From assembly GCA_900617105.1 (NCBI GenBank), contig UYFQ01000381.1, positions 1-64,000 of the forward strand: a DNA stretch of 64,000 nt, written 5' to 3'. This stretch comes from Hydrurus foetidus (Eukaryota). The position numbers were made by a program, and so were the translations under genes. Under the pieces are notes generated by a model that ran no database searches, was not told where the DNA came from, and saw only the letters and a program-made list of their open reading frames with translations. Of this stretch, positions 36,320 through 51,300 are shown in pieces (position 1 is the first letter of the stretch; each line of letters opens with the position of its first letter).

Positions 36320-39300
36320 TAAGTATCGATGCATAAGTGTGTATGGCTGGATGCATGAGAGAGTAGGGATGCATGAGAGAGTAGAGATGCATGAGTGAGT
36401 ATGGATGCATGAGTGAGTATGGATGCATGAGTTAGTATGGCTGGATGCATGAGTGAGTATGGCTGGATGCATGAGAGTAGAGATGCATGAGTGAGTATGA
36501 GATGCATGAGTGAGTATGGCTGTGCATGAAATGTATGGATGCATGAGAGTATAGGGATGCATGGGTGAGTATGGGATGCATGAGTGAGTATGGATGCATG
36601 AGTGAGTATGGCTGGATGCATGAGTGTAGTATGAGAGTATATGCATGAGAGTATAGGGTTGCATGGGTGAGTAGAGATGCTTGAGTGAGTATGGGTGCAT
36701 GAGTATGTATGGATGCATGAGTATGTATGGATGCATGAGAGTATGGATGCATGAGTTGTATGGATGCATGAGTGAGTATGGCTGGATGCATGAGTGAGTA
36801 TGGCTGGATGCATGAGAGTATAGGGTTGCATGAGTGAGTATGGATGGATGCATGAGTGAGTATGGCTGGATGCATGAGTTAGTATGGATGCATGGATGAT
36901 GAGTAAGTAGAAATACATGAGTGAGTAGAGATGCATAAATGAGTATGGTTGTATGAATTTGTATGGATGCATGAGAGTATAGGGATGCATGGGTGAGTAG
37001 AGATGCATGAGTGAGTATGGATGGATGAGTTAGTATGGATGCATGAGTGAGTATGGCTGGATGCATGAGAGTATAGAGTTGCATGAGAGTATAGGGTTGC
37101 ATGAGAGTATAGGATTGCATGGGTGAGTAGAGATGCTTGAGTGAGTATGGGTGCATGAATATGGCTGGATGCATGAGTGAGTATGGCTGGATGCATGAGA
37201 GAGTAGGGATGCATGGGTGAGTAGAGATGCATGAGTGAGTATGGCTGGATGCATGAGTTAGTATGGCTGGATGCATGAGTAAGTAGAAATACATGAGTGA
37301 GTAGAGATGCATAAATGAGTATGGTTGTATGAATTTGTATGGATGCATGAGAGTATAGGGATGCATGGGTGAGTAGAGATGCATGAGTGAGTATGGGTGG
37401 ATGAGTTAGTATGGATGCATGAGTGAGTATGGCTGGATGCATGAGAGTATAGGGTTGCATGAGAGTATAGGATTGCATGGGTGAGTAGAGATGCTTGAGT
37501 GAGTATGGGTGCATGAATATGGCTGGATGCATGAGTGAGTATGGCTGGATGCATGAGTGAGTATGGCTGGATGCATGAGTGAGTATGGCTGGATGCATGA
37601 GAGAGTAGGGATGCATGGGTGAGTATGGATGCATGAGTGAGTATGGATGCATGAGTTAGTATGGCTGGATGCATGAGTAAGTAGAAATACATGAGTGAGT
37701 AGAGATGCATAAATGAGTATGGTTGTATGAATTTGTATGGATGCATGAGAGTATAGGGATGCATGGGTGAGTATGGATGCATGAGTGAGTATGGATGCAT
37801 GAGTTAGTATGGCTGGATGCATGAGTAAGTAGAAATACATGAGTGAGTAGAGATGCATAAATGAGTATGGTTGTATGAATTTGTATGGATGCATGAGAGT
37901 ATAGGGATGCATGGGTGAGTATGGATGCATGAGTGAGTATGGGTGGATGAGTTAGTATGGATGCATGAGTGAGTATGGCTGGATGCATGAGAGTATAGGG
38001 TTGCATGAGAGTATAGGATTGCATGGGTGAGTAGAGATGCTTGAGTGAGTATGGGTGCATGAAGTATGGCTGGATGCATGAGTGAGTATGGCTGGATGCA
38101 TGAGTGAGTATGGATGCATGAGTGAGTATGGCTGGATGCATGAGAATGGAGGGATGCATGAGAGTGAGTATGGCTGGATGCATGAGTGAGTATGGCTGGA
38201 TGCATGAGTTAGTATGGCTGGATGCATGAGAGAGTAGAAATACATGAGTGAGTAGAGATGCATAAATGAGTATGGTTGTATGAATTTGTATGGATGCATG
38301 AGAGTATAGGGATGCATGGGTGAGTAGAGATGCATGAGTGAGTATGGATGCATGAGTGAGTATGGCTGGATGCATGAGTAAGTATGAAATGCATGAGTGA
38401 GTAGGGATGCATGAGTGAGTATGGCTGGATGAGTGAGTATGGATGCATGAGAGTATAGGGATGCATGAGTGAGTATGGCTGGATGAGTGAGTATGGATGC
38501 ATGAGTTAGTATGGCTGGATGCATGAGTGAGTAGAAATGCATGAGTGAGTAGAGATGCATAAATGAGTATGGTTGTATGAGTTTGTATGGATGCATGAGA
38601 GTATAGGGATGCATGGGTGAGTATGGCTGGATGCATGAGTGAGTATGGGTGGATGAGTTAGTATGGATGCATGAGTGAGTATGGCTGGATGCATGAGAGT
38701 ATAGGGTTGCATGAGAGTATAGGATTGCATGGGTGAGTAGAGATGCATGAGTGAGTATGGGTGCATGAATATGGCTGGATGCATGAGTGAGTATGGCTGG
38801 ATGCATGAGTGAGTATGGCTGGATGCATGAGTGAGTAGGGATGCATGAGTGAGTATGGATGCATGAGTGAGTATGGATGCATGAGTGAGTATGGCTGGAT
38901 GCATGAGTTAGTATGGCTGGATGCATGAGTAAGTAGAAATACATGAGTGAGTAGAGATGCATAAATGAGTATGGTTGTATGAATTTGTATTGATGCATGA
39001 GAGTATAGGGATGCATGAGTGAGTATGGATGCATGAGTGAGTATGGCTGGATGCATGAGTGAGTATGGCTGGATGCATGAGTAAGTAGAAATACATGAGT
39101 GAGTAGAGATGCATAAATGAGTATGGTTGTATGAATTTGTATGGATGCATGAGAGTATAGGGATGCATGGGTGAGTAGAGATGCATGAGTGAGTATGGGT
39201 GGATGAGTTAGTATGGATGCATGAGTGAGTATGGCTGGATGCATGAGTGAGTATGGCTGGATGCATGAGAGTATAGGGTTGCATGAGAGTATAGGATTGC

Positions 39301-42300
39301 ATGGGTGAGTAGAGATGCATGAGTGAGTATGGGTGCATGAATATGGCTGGATGCATGAGTGAGTATGGCTGGATGCATGAGTATGTGGATGCATGAGAGT
39401 ATGGGATGCATGAGTGAGTATGGCATGAGTGAGTATGGATGCATGAGTGAGTAGGGATGCATGAGTGAGTATGGATGCATGAGTGAGTATGGATGCATGA
39501 GTTAGTATGGCTGGATGCATGAGTTAGTATGGCTGGATGCATGAGTAAGTAGAAATACATGAGTGAGTAGAGATGCATAAATGAGTATGGTTGTATGAAT
39601 TTGTATGGATGCATGAGAGTATAGGGATGCATGGGTGAGTAGAGATGCATGAGTGAGTATGGGTGGATGAGTTAGTATGGATGCATGAGTGAGTATGGCT
39701 GGATGCATGAGAGTATAGGGTTGCATGAGAGTATAGGATTGCATGGGTGAGTAGAGATGCTTGAGTGAGTATGGGTGCATGAATATGGCTGGATGCATGA
39801 GTGAGTATGGCTGGATGCATGAGTGAGTATGGCTGGATGCATGAGAGAGTAGGGATGCATGGGTGAGTAGAGATGCATGAGTGAGTATGGATGCATGAGT
39901 TAGTATGGCTGGATGCATGAGTTAGTATGGCTGGATGCATGAGTAAGTAGAAATACATGAGTGAGTAGAGATGCATAAATGAGTATGGTTGTATGAATTT
40001 GTATGGATGCATGAGAGTATAGGGATGCATGGGTGAGTAGAGATGCATGAGTGAGTATGGGTGGATGAGTTAGTATGGATGCATGAGTGAGTATGGCTGG
40101 ATGCATGAGAGTATAGGGTTGCATGAGAGTATAGGATTGCATGGGTGAGTAGAGATGCTTGAGTGAGTATGGGTGCATGAATATGGCTGGATGCATGAGT
40201 GAGTATGGCTGGATGCATGAGTGAGTATGGCTGGATGCATGAGAGAGTAGGGATGCATGGGTGAGTAGAGATGCATGAGTGAGTATGGATGCATGAGTTA
40301 GTATGGCTGGATGCATGAGTAAGTAGAAATACATGAGTGAGTAGAGATGCATAAATGAGTATGGTTGTATGAATTTGTATGGATGCATGAGAGTATAGGG
40401 ATGCATGGGTGAGTATGGGTGGATGAGTTAGTATGGATGCATGAGTGAGTATGGCTGGATGCATGAGAGTATAGGGTTGCATGAGAGTATAGGATTGCAT
40501 GGGTGAGTAGAGATGCTTGAGTGAGTATGGGTGCATGAATATGGCTGGATGCATGAGTGAGTATGGCTGGATGCATGAGTGAGTATGGCTGGATGCATGA
40601 GAGAGTAGGGATGCATGGGTGAGTAGAGATGCATGAGTGAGTATGGATGCATGAGTTAGTATGGCTGGATGCATGAGTTAGTATGGCTGGATGCATGAGT
40701 AAGTAGAAATACATGAGTGAGTAGAGATGCATAAATGAGTATGGTTGTATGAATTTGTATGGATGCATGAGAGTATAGGGATGCATGGGTGAGTATGGGT
40801 GGATGAGTTAGTATGGATGCATGAGTGAGTATGGCTGGATGCATGAGAGTATAGGGTTGCATGAGAGTATAGGATTGCATGGGTGAGTAGAGATGCTTGA
40901 GTGAGTATGGGTGCATGAATATGGCTGGATGCATGAGTGAGTATGGCTGGATGCATGAGTGAGTATGGCTGGATGCATGAGTGAGTAGGGATGCATGGGT
41001 GAGTAGAGATGCATGAGTGAGTATGGATGCATGAGTTAGTATGGCTGGATGCATGAGTTAGTATGGCTGGATGCATGAGTAAGTAGAAATACATGAGTGA
41101 GTAGAGATGCATAAATGAGTATGGTTGTATGAATTTGTATGGATGCATGAGAGTATAGGGATGCATGGGTGAGTAGAGATGCATGAGTGAGTATGGGTGG
41201 ATGAGTTAGTATGGCTGGATGCATGAGTGAGTATGGATGCATGGATATGGCATGAGAGTATAGGGTTGCATGAGAGTATAGGATTGCATGGGTGAGTAGA
41301 GATGCTTGAGTGAGTATGGGTGCATGAATATGGCTGGATGCATGAGTGAGTATGGCTGGATGCATGAGTGAGTATGGCTGGATGCATGAGTGAGTATGGC
41401 TGGATGCATGAGAGAGTAGGGATGCATGGGTGAGTAGAGATGCATGAGTGAGTATGGATGCATGAGTTAGTATGGCTGGATGCATGAGTAAGTAGAAATA
41501 CATGAGTGAGTAGAGATGCATAAATGAGTATGGTTGTATGAATTTGTATGGATGCATGAGAGTATAGGGATGCATGGGTGAGTATGGGTGGATGAGTGAG
41601 TATGGATGCATGAGTGAGTATGGCTGGATGCATGAGAGTATAGGGTTGCATGAGAGTATAGGATTGCATGGGTGAGTAGAGATGCTTGAGTGAGTATGGG
41701 TGCATGAATATGGCTGGATGCATGAGTGAGTATGGCTGGATGCATGAGTGAGTATGGCTGGATGCATGAGTGAGTATGGCTGGATGCATGAGTGAGTATG
41801 GCTGGATGCATGAGTGAGTAGGGATGCATGAGTGAGTATGGATGCATGAGTGAGTATGGATGCATGAGTTAGTATGGCTGGATGCATGAGTAAGTAGAAA
41901 TACATGAGTGAGTAGAGATGCATAAATGAGTATGGTTGTATGAATTTGTATGGATGCATGAGAGTATAGGGATGCATGGGTGAGTAGAGATGCATGAGTG
42001 AGTATGGGTGGATGAGTGAGTATGGGTGCATGAGATATGGATGCATGAGTGAGTATGGCTGGATGCATGAGAGTATAGGGTTGCATGAGAGTATAGGATT
42101 GCATGGGTGAGTAGAGATGCTTGAGTGAGTATGGGTGCATGAATATGGCTGGATGCATGAGTGAGTATGGCTGGATGCATGAGTGAGTATGGCTGGATGC
42201 ATGAGTGAGTATGGCTGGATGCATGAGTGAGTAGGGATGCATGGGTGAGTATGAGATGCATGAGTGAGTATGGATGCATGAGAGTATAGGGATGCATGAG

Positions 42301-45300
42301 TGAGTATGGATGCATGAGTGAGTATGGTATGGCTGTATGGATGCATGAGTAAGTAGAAATACATGAGTGAGTAGAGATGCATAAATGAGTATGGTTGTAT
42401 GAATTTGTATGGATGCATGAGAGTATAGGGATGCATGAGTGAGTATGGGTGGATGAGTTAGTATGGATGCATGAGTGAGTATGGCTGGATGCATGAGAGT
42501 ATAGGGTTGCATGAGAGTATAGGATTGCATGGGTGAGTAGAGATGCTTGAGTGAGTATGGGTGCATGAATATGGCTGGATGCATGAGTGAGTATGGCTGG
42601 ATGCATGAGTGAGTATGGCTGGATGCATGAGAGAGTAGGGATGCATGGGTGAGTAGAGATGCATGAGTGAGTATGGCTGGATGCATGAGTTAGTATGGCT
42701 GGATGCATGAGTTAGTATGGCTGGATGCATGAGTAAGTAGAAATACATGAGTGAGTAGAGATGCATAAATGAGTATGGTTGTATGAATTTGTATGGATGC
42801 ATGAGAGTATAGGGATGCATGGGTGAGTAGAGATGCATGAGTGAGTATGGGTGGATGAGTTAGTATGGATGCATGAGTGAGTATGGATGCATGAGTGAGT
42901 ATGGCTGGATGCATGAGTATAGGGTTGCATGAGAGTATAGGATTGCATGGGTGAGTAGAGATGCTTGAGTGAGTATGGGTGCATGAATATGGCTGGATGC
43001 ATGAGTGAGTATGGCTGGATGCATGAGTGAGTATGGCTGGATGCATGAGAGAGTAGGGATGCATGAGTGAGTAGAGATGCATGAGTGAGTATGGATGCAT
43101 GAGTGAGTATGGATGCATGAGTGAGTATGGCTGGATGCATGAGTGAGTAGAGATGCATGAGAGTATAGGATGCATGAGAGTATAGGATGCATGAGTGAGT
43201 AGAGATGCATGAGTGAGTATGGATGCATGAGTATGGCTGGATGCATGAGTGAGTATGGCTGGATGCATGAGTGAGTATGGATGCATGAGTGAGTATGGCT
43301 GGATGCATGAGTGAGTAGGGATGCATGGGTGAGTATGGATGCATGAGTGAGTATGGATGGATGAGTGAGTATGGATGCATGAGTGAGTATGGCTGGATGC
43401 ATGAGTGAGTATGGCTGGATGCATGAGTGAGTAGAAATGCATGAGTGAGTATGAGATGCATGAGTGAGTATGGATGCATGAATGAGTATGGATGCATGAG
43501 AGTATAGGGATGCATGAGTGAGTATGGATGGATGAGTGAGTATGGATGCATGAGTGAGTATGGCTGGATGCATGAGTGAGTATGGCTGGATGCATGAGAG
43601 AGTAGGGATGCATGAGAGTATAGGGTTGCATGGGTGAGTAGAGATGCATGAGTGAGTATGGATGCATGAGTGAGTATGGCTGGATGCATGAGTGAGTATG
43701 GCTGGATGCATGAGTGAGTATGGATGCATGAGTGAGTATGGCTGGATGCATGAGTGAGTATGGCTGGATGCATGAGTGAGTATGGCTGGATGCATGGGTG
43801 AGTAGAGATGCATGAGTGAGTATGGATGCATGAGTTAGTATGGCTGGATGCATGAGTGAGTATGGATGCATGAGTTAGTATGGCTGGATGCATGAGTAAG
43901 TAGAAATACATGAGTGAGTAGAGATGCATAAATGAGTATGGTTGTATGAATTTGTATGGATGCATGAGAGTATAGGGATGCATGGGTGAGTAGAGATGCA
44001 TGAGTGAGTATGGGTGGATGAGTTAGTATGGATGCATGAGTGAGTATGGCTGGATGCATGAGAGTATAGGGTTGCATGAGTGAGTAGAGATGCATGAGTG
44101 AGTATGGATGCATGAGTGAGTATGGCTGGATGCATGAGTGAGTATGGCTGGATGCATGAGTGAGTATGGCTGGATGCATGAGAGTATAGGGATGCATGGG
44201 TGAGTAGAGATGCATGAGTGAGTATGGATGCATGAGTGAGTATGGCTGGATGCATGAGTTAGTATGGCTGGATGCATGAGTAAGTAGAAATGCATGAGTG
44301 AGTAGGGATGCATGAGTGAGTATGGTTGTATGAATTTGTATGGATGCATGAGAGTATAGGGATGCATGGGTGAGTAGAGATGCATGAGTGAGTATGGATG
44401 CATGAGTTAGTATGGATGCATGAGTGAGTATGGCTGGATGCATGAGAGTATAGGGTTGCATGAGAGTATAGGATTGCATGGGTGAGTAGAGATGCATGAG
44501 TGAGTATGGGTGCATGAATATGGCTGGATGCATGAGTGAGTATGGCTGGATGCATGAGTGAGTATGGCTGGATGCATGAGTGAGTATGGCTGGATGCATG
44601 AGTGAGTAGGGATGCATGGGTGAGTAGAGATGCATGAGTGAGTATGGATGCATGAGTGAGTATGGCTGGATGCATGAGTGAGTATGGCTGGATGCATGAG
44701 TGAGTATGGCTGGATGCATGAGAGAGTAGGGATGCATGGGTGAGTAGAGATGCATGAGTGAGTATGGATGCATGAGTTAGTATGGCTGGATGCATGAGTG
44801 AGTATGGCTGGATGCATGAGTAAGTAGAAATACATGAGTGAGTAGAGATGCATAAATGAGTATGGTTGTATGAATTTGTATGGATGCATGAGAGTATAGG
44901 GATGCATGGGTGAGTATGGGTGGATGAGTTAGTATGGATGCATGAGTGAGTATGGCTGGATGCATGAGAGTATAGGGTTGCATGAGAGTATAGGATTGCA
45001 TGGGTGAGTAGAGATGCTTGAGTGAGTATGGGTGCATGAATATGGCTGGATGCATGAGTGAGTATGGCTGGATGCATGAGTGAGTATGGCTGGATGCATG
45101 AGTGAGTATGGCTGGATGCATGAGTGAGTATGGCTGGATGCATGAGTGAGTATGGCTGGATGCATGAGTGAGTATGGCTGGATGCATGAGAGTATGGGAT
45201 GCATGAGTTAGTATGGCTGGATGCATGAGTTAGTATGGCTGGATGCATGAGTAAGTAGAAATACATGAGTGAGTAGAGATGCATAAATGAGTATGGTTGT

Positions 45301-48300
45301 ATGAATTTGTATGGATGCATGAGAGTATAGGGATGCATGGGTGAGTAGAGATGCATGAGTGAGTATGGGTGGATGAGTTAGTATGGATGCATGAGTGAGT
45401 ATGGCTGGATGCATGAGAGTATAGGGTTGCATGAGAGTATAGGATTGCATGGGTGAGTAGAGATGCTTGAGTGAGTATGGGTGCATGAATATGGCTGGAT
45501 GCATGAGTGAGTATGGCTGGATGCATGAGTGAGTATGGCTGGATGCATGAGTGAGTATGGCTGGATGCATGAGTGAGTATGGATGCATGGGTGAGTAGAG
45601 ATGCATGAGTGAGTATGGATGCATGAGTGAGTATGGCTGGATGCATGAGTGAGTATGGCTGGATGCATGAGTGAGTATGGCTGGATGCATGAGTGAGTAG
45701 GGATGCATGAGTGAGTAGAGATGCATGAGTGAGTATGGATGCATGAGTGAGTATGGCTGGATGCATGAGTGAGTATGGCTGGATGCATGAGTGAGTAGAG
45801 ATGCATGAGTGAGTATGGATGCATGAGTGAGTATGGCTGGATGAATGAGTATGGATGCATGAGAGTATAGGGTTGCATGAGAGTATAGGATTGCATGGGT
45901 GAGTAGAGATGCTTGAGTGAGTATGGGTGCATGAATATGGCTGGATGCATGAGTGAGTATGGCTGGATGCATGAGTGAGTATGGCTGGATGCATGAGTGA
46001 GTATGGGATGCATGAGTGAGTATGGCTGGATGCATGAGTGAGTATGGCTGGATGCATGAGTGAGTATGGATGCATGAGTGAGTATGGCTGGATGCATGAG
46101 AGTAGGGATGCATGAGTGAGTAGAGATGCATGAGTGAGTATGGATGCATGAGTTAGTATGGCTGGATGCATGAGTGAGTATGGCTGGATGCATGAGTAGT
46201 AGAAATGCATGAGTGAGTAGAGATGCATAAATGAGTATGGTTGTATGAATTTGTATGGATGCATGAGAGTATAGGGTTGCATGAGAGTATAGGATTGCAT
46301 GGGTGAGTAGAGATGCTTGAGTGAGTATGGGTGCATGAATATGGCTGGATGCATGAGTGAGTATGGCTGGATGCATGAGTGAGTATGGCTGGATGCATGA
46401 GTGAGTATGGCTGGATGCATGAGAGAGTATGGCTGGATGCATGGGTGAGTAGAGATGCATGAGTGAGTATGGATGCATGAGTGAGTATGGCTGGATGCAT
46501 GAGTGAGTATGGCTGGATGCATGAGTGAGTATGGCTGGATGCATGAGTGAGTAGGGATGCATGGGTGAGTAGAGATGCATGAGTGAGTATGGATGCATGA
46601 GTTAGTATGGCTGGATGCATGAGTTAGTATGGCTGGATGCATGAGTAAGTAGAAATACATGAGTGAGTAGAGATGCATAAATGAGTATGGTTGTATGAAT
46701 TTGTATGGATGCATGAGAGTATAGGGATGCATGGGTGAGTAGAGATGCATGAGTGAGTATGGGTGGATGAGTTAGTATGGATGCATGAGTGAGTATGGCT
46801 GGATGCATGAGAGTATAGGGTTGCATGAGAGTATAGGATTGCATGGGTGAGTAGAGATGCTTGAGTGAGTATGGGTGCATGAATATGGCTGGATGCATGA
46901 GTGAGTATGGCTGGATGCATGAGTGAGTATGGCTGGATGCATGAGTGAGTATGGCTGGATGCATGAGTGAGTATGGCTGGATGCATGGGTGAGTAGAGAT
47001 GCATGAGTGAGTATGGATGCATGAGTGAGTATGGCTGGATGCATGAGTGAGTATGGCTGGATGCATGAGTGAGTATGGCTGGATGCATGAGTGAGTAGAG
47101 ATGCATGAGTGAGTATGGATGCATGAGTGAGTATGGCTGGATGCATGAGTTAGTATGGCTGGATGCATGAGTAAGTAGAAATACATGAGTGAGTAGAGAT
47201 GCATAAATGAGTATGGTTGTATGAATTTGTATGGATGCATGAGAGTATAGGGATGCATGGGTGAGTATGGGTGGATGAGTTAGTATGGATGCATGAGTGA
47301 GTATGGCTGGATGCATGAGAGTATAGGGTTGCATGAGAGTATAGGATTGCATGGGTGAGTAGAGATGCATGAGTGAGTATGGGTGCATGAATATGGCTGG
47401 ATGCATGAGTGAGTATGGATGCATGAGTGAGTATGGCTGGATGCATGAGTGAGTATGGCTGGATGCATGGATGCATGAGAGTAGTAGGGATGCATGAGTG
47501 AGTATGGATGCATGAGTGAGTATGGATGCATGAGTTAGTATGGCTGGATGCATGAGTGAGTATGGCTGGATGCATGAGTAAGTAGAAATACATGAGTGAG
47601 TAGAGATGCATAAATGAGTATGGTTGTATGAATTTGTATGGATGCATGAGAGTATAGGGATGCATGGGTGAGTAGAGATGCATGAGTGAGTATGGGTGGA
47701 TGAGTTAGTATGGCTGGATGCATGAGTGAGTATGGCTGGATGCATGAGAGTATAGGGTTGCATGAGAGTATAGGATTGCATGGGTGAGTAGAGATGCTTG
47801 AGTGAGTATGGGTGCATGAATATGGCTGGATGCATGAGTGAGTATGGGTGGATGAGTTAGTATGGATGCATGAGTGAGTATGGCTGGATGCATGAGAGAG
47901 TAGGGATGCATGGGTGAGTAGAGATGCATGAGTGAGTATGGATGCATGAGTGAGTATGGCTGGATGCATGAGTGAGTATGGCTGGATGCATGAGTGAGTA
48001 TGGCTGGATGCATGAGTGAGTAGGGATGCATGAGTGAGTAGAGATGCATGAGTGAGTATGGATGCATGAGTTAGTATGGCTGGATGCATGAGTGAGTATG
48101 GCTGGATGCATGAGTGAGTAGAGATGCATGAGTGAGTAGAGATGCATGAGTGAGTATGGGTGGATGAGTTAGTATGGATGCATGAGTGAGTATGGCTGGA
48201 TGCATGAGAGTATAGGGTTGCATGAGAGTATAGGATTGCATGGGTGAGTAGAGATGCTTGAGTGAGTATGGGTGCATGAATATGGCTGGATGCATGAGTG

Positions 48301-51300
48301 AGTATGGCTGGATGCATGAGTGAGTATGGCTGGATGCATGAGTGAGTATGGCTGGATGCATGAGAGAGTAGGGATGCATGGGTGAGTAGAGATGCATGAG
48401 TGAGTATGGATGCATGAGTTAGTATGGCTGGATGCATGAGTTAGTATGGCTGGATGCATGAGTAAGTAGAAATACATGAGTGAGTAGAGATGCATAAATG
48501 AGTATGGTTGTATGAATTTGTATGGATGCATGAGAGTATAGGGATGCATGGGTGAGTAGAGATGCATGAGTGAGTATGGGTGGATGAGTTAGTATGGATG
48601 CATGAGTGAGTATGGCTGGATGCATGAGAGTATAGGGTTGCATGAGAGTATAGGATTGCATGGGTGAGTAGAGATGCTTGAGTGAGTATGGGTGCATGAA
48701 TATGGCTGGATGCATGAGTGAGTATGGCTGGATGCATGAGTGAGTATGGATGGATGAGTGAGTATGGATGCATGAGTGAGTATGGCTGGATGCATGAGAG
48801 AGTAGGGATGCATGAGTGAGTAGAGATGCATGAGTGAGTATGGATGCATGAGTGAGTATGGCTGGATGCATGAGTGAGTATGGCTGGATGCATGAGTAAG
48901 TAGAAATACATGAGTGAGTAGAGATGCATAAATGAGTATGGTTGTATGAATTTGTATGGATGCATGAGAGTATAGGGTTGCATGAGAGTATAGGATTGCA
49001 TGGGTGAGTAGAGATGCTTGAGTGAGTATGGGTGCATGAATATGGCTGGATGCATGAGTGAGTATGGCTGGATGCATGAGTGAGTATGGCTGGATGCATG
49101 AGTGAGTATGGCTGGATGCATGAGTGAGTAGGGATGCATGAGTGAGTAGAGATGCATGAGTGAGTATGGATGCATGAGTGAGTATGGATGCATGAGTGAG
49201 TATGGATGCATGAGTGAGTATGGCTGGATGCATGAGTGAGTATGGCTGGATGCATGAGAGAGTATGGATGCATGGGTGAGTATGGCTGGATGCATGAGTG
49301 AGTATGGATGCATGAGTATGGCTGGATGCATGAGTGAGTATGGCTGGATGCATGAGTGAGTATGGCTGGATGCATGAGTGAGTATGGCTGGATGCATGAG
49401 AGTAGGGATGCATGAGTGAGTAGAGATGCATGAGTGAGTATGGATGCATGAGTTAGTATGGCTGGATGCATGAGTGAGTATGGCTGGATGCATGAGTGAG
49501 TATGGATGCATGAGTGAGTAGAGATGCATAAATGAGTATGGTTGTATGAATTTGTATGGATGCATGAGAGTATAGGGTTGCATGAGAGTATAGGATTGCA
49601 TGGGTGAGTAGAGATGCTTGAGTGAGTATGGGTGCATGAATATGGCTGGATGCATGAGTGAGTATGGCTGGATGCATGAGTGAGTATGGCTGGATGCATG
49701 AGTGAGTATGGCTGGATGCATGAGAGAGTAGGGATGCATGGGTGAGTAGAGATGCATGAGTGAGTATGGATGCATGAGTTAGTATGGCTGGATGCATGAG
49801 TGAGTATGGCTGGATGCATGAGTAAGTAGAAATACATGAGTGAGTAGAGATGCATAAATGAGTATGGTTGTATGAATTTGTATGGATGCATGAGAGTATA
49901 GGGATGCATGGGTGAGTAGAGATGCATGAGTGAGTATGGGTGGATGAGTTAGTATGGATGCATGAGTGAGTATGGCTGGATGCATGAGAGTGTAGGGTTG
50001 CATGAGAGTATAGGATTGCATGGGTGAGTAGAGATGCTTGAGTGAGTATGGGTGCATGAATATGGCTGGATGCATGAGTGAGTATGGCTGGATGCATGAG
50101 TGAGTATGGCTGGATGCATGAGTGAGTATGGCTGGATGCATGAGAGAGTAGGGATGCATGGGTGAGTAGAGATGCATGAGTGAGTATGGATGCATGAGTT
50201 AGTATGGCTGGATGCATGAGTGAGTATGGCTGGATGCATGAGTAAGTAGAAATACATGAGTGAGTAGAGATGCATAAATGAGTATGGTTGTATGAATTTG
50301 TATGGATGCATGAGAGTATAGGGTTGCATGAGAGTATAGGATTGCATGGGTGAGTAGAGATGCGTGAGTGAGTATGGTCGCATGAGTGAGTATGGATGCA
50401 TGAGTGAGTATGGCTGGATGCATGAGTGAGTATGGCTGGATGCATGAGTGAGTATGGCTGGATGCATGAGTGAGTAGGGATGCATGAGTGAGTATGGATG
50501 CATGAGTGAGTATGGATGCATGAGTGAGTATGGCTGGATGCATGAGTGAGTATGGCTGGATGCATGAGTGAGTATGGCTGGATGCATGAGTGAGTATGGA
50601 TGCATGAGTGAGTAGGGATGCATGGGTGAGTAGAGATGCATGAGTGAGTATGGATGCATGAGTTAGTATGGCTGGATGCATGAGTGAGTATGGCTGGATG
50701 CATGAGTGAGTATGGCTGGATGCATGAGTGAGTATGGATGCATGAGTGAGTATGGCTGGATGCATGAGTGAGTATGGGATGCATGAGTGAGTATGGATGC
50801 ATGAGTGAGTATGGCTGGATGAGTGAGTATGAGTGGATGCATGAGATGCATGAGTGAGTATGGATGCATGAGTGAGTATGGCTGGATGCATGAGAGAGTA
50901 GGGATGCATGGGTGAGTAGAGATGCATGAGTGAGTATGGATGCATGAGTGAGTATGGCTGGATGCATGAGTGAGTATGGCTGGATGCATGAGTAAGTAGA
51001 AATACATGAGTGAGTAGAGATGCATAAATGAGTATGGTTGTATGAATTTGTATTGATGCATGAGAGTATAGGGATGCATGGGTGAGTATGGGTGGATGAG
51101 TTAGTATGGATGCATGAGTGAGTATGGCTGGATGCATGAGTGAGTATGGCTGGATGCATGAGTGAGTATGGCTGGATGCATGAGTGAGTATGGCTGGATG
51201 CATGAGAGAGTAGGGATGCATGGGTGAGTAGAGATGCATGAGTGAGTATGGATGCATGAGTTAGTATGGCTGGATGCATGAGTGAGTATGGCTGGATGCA

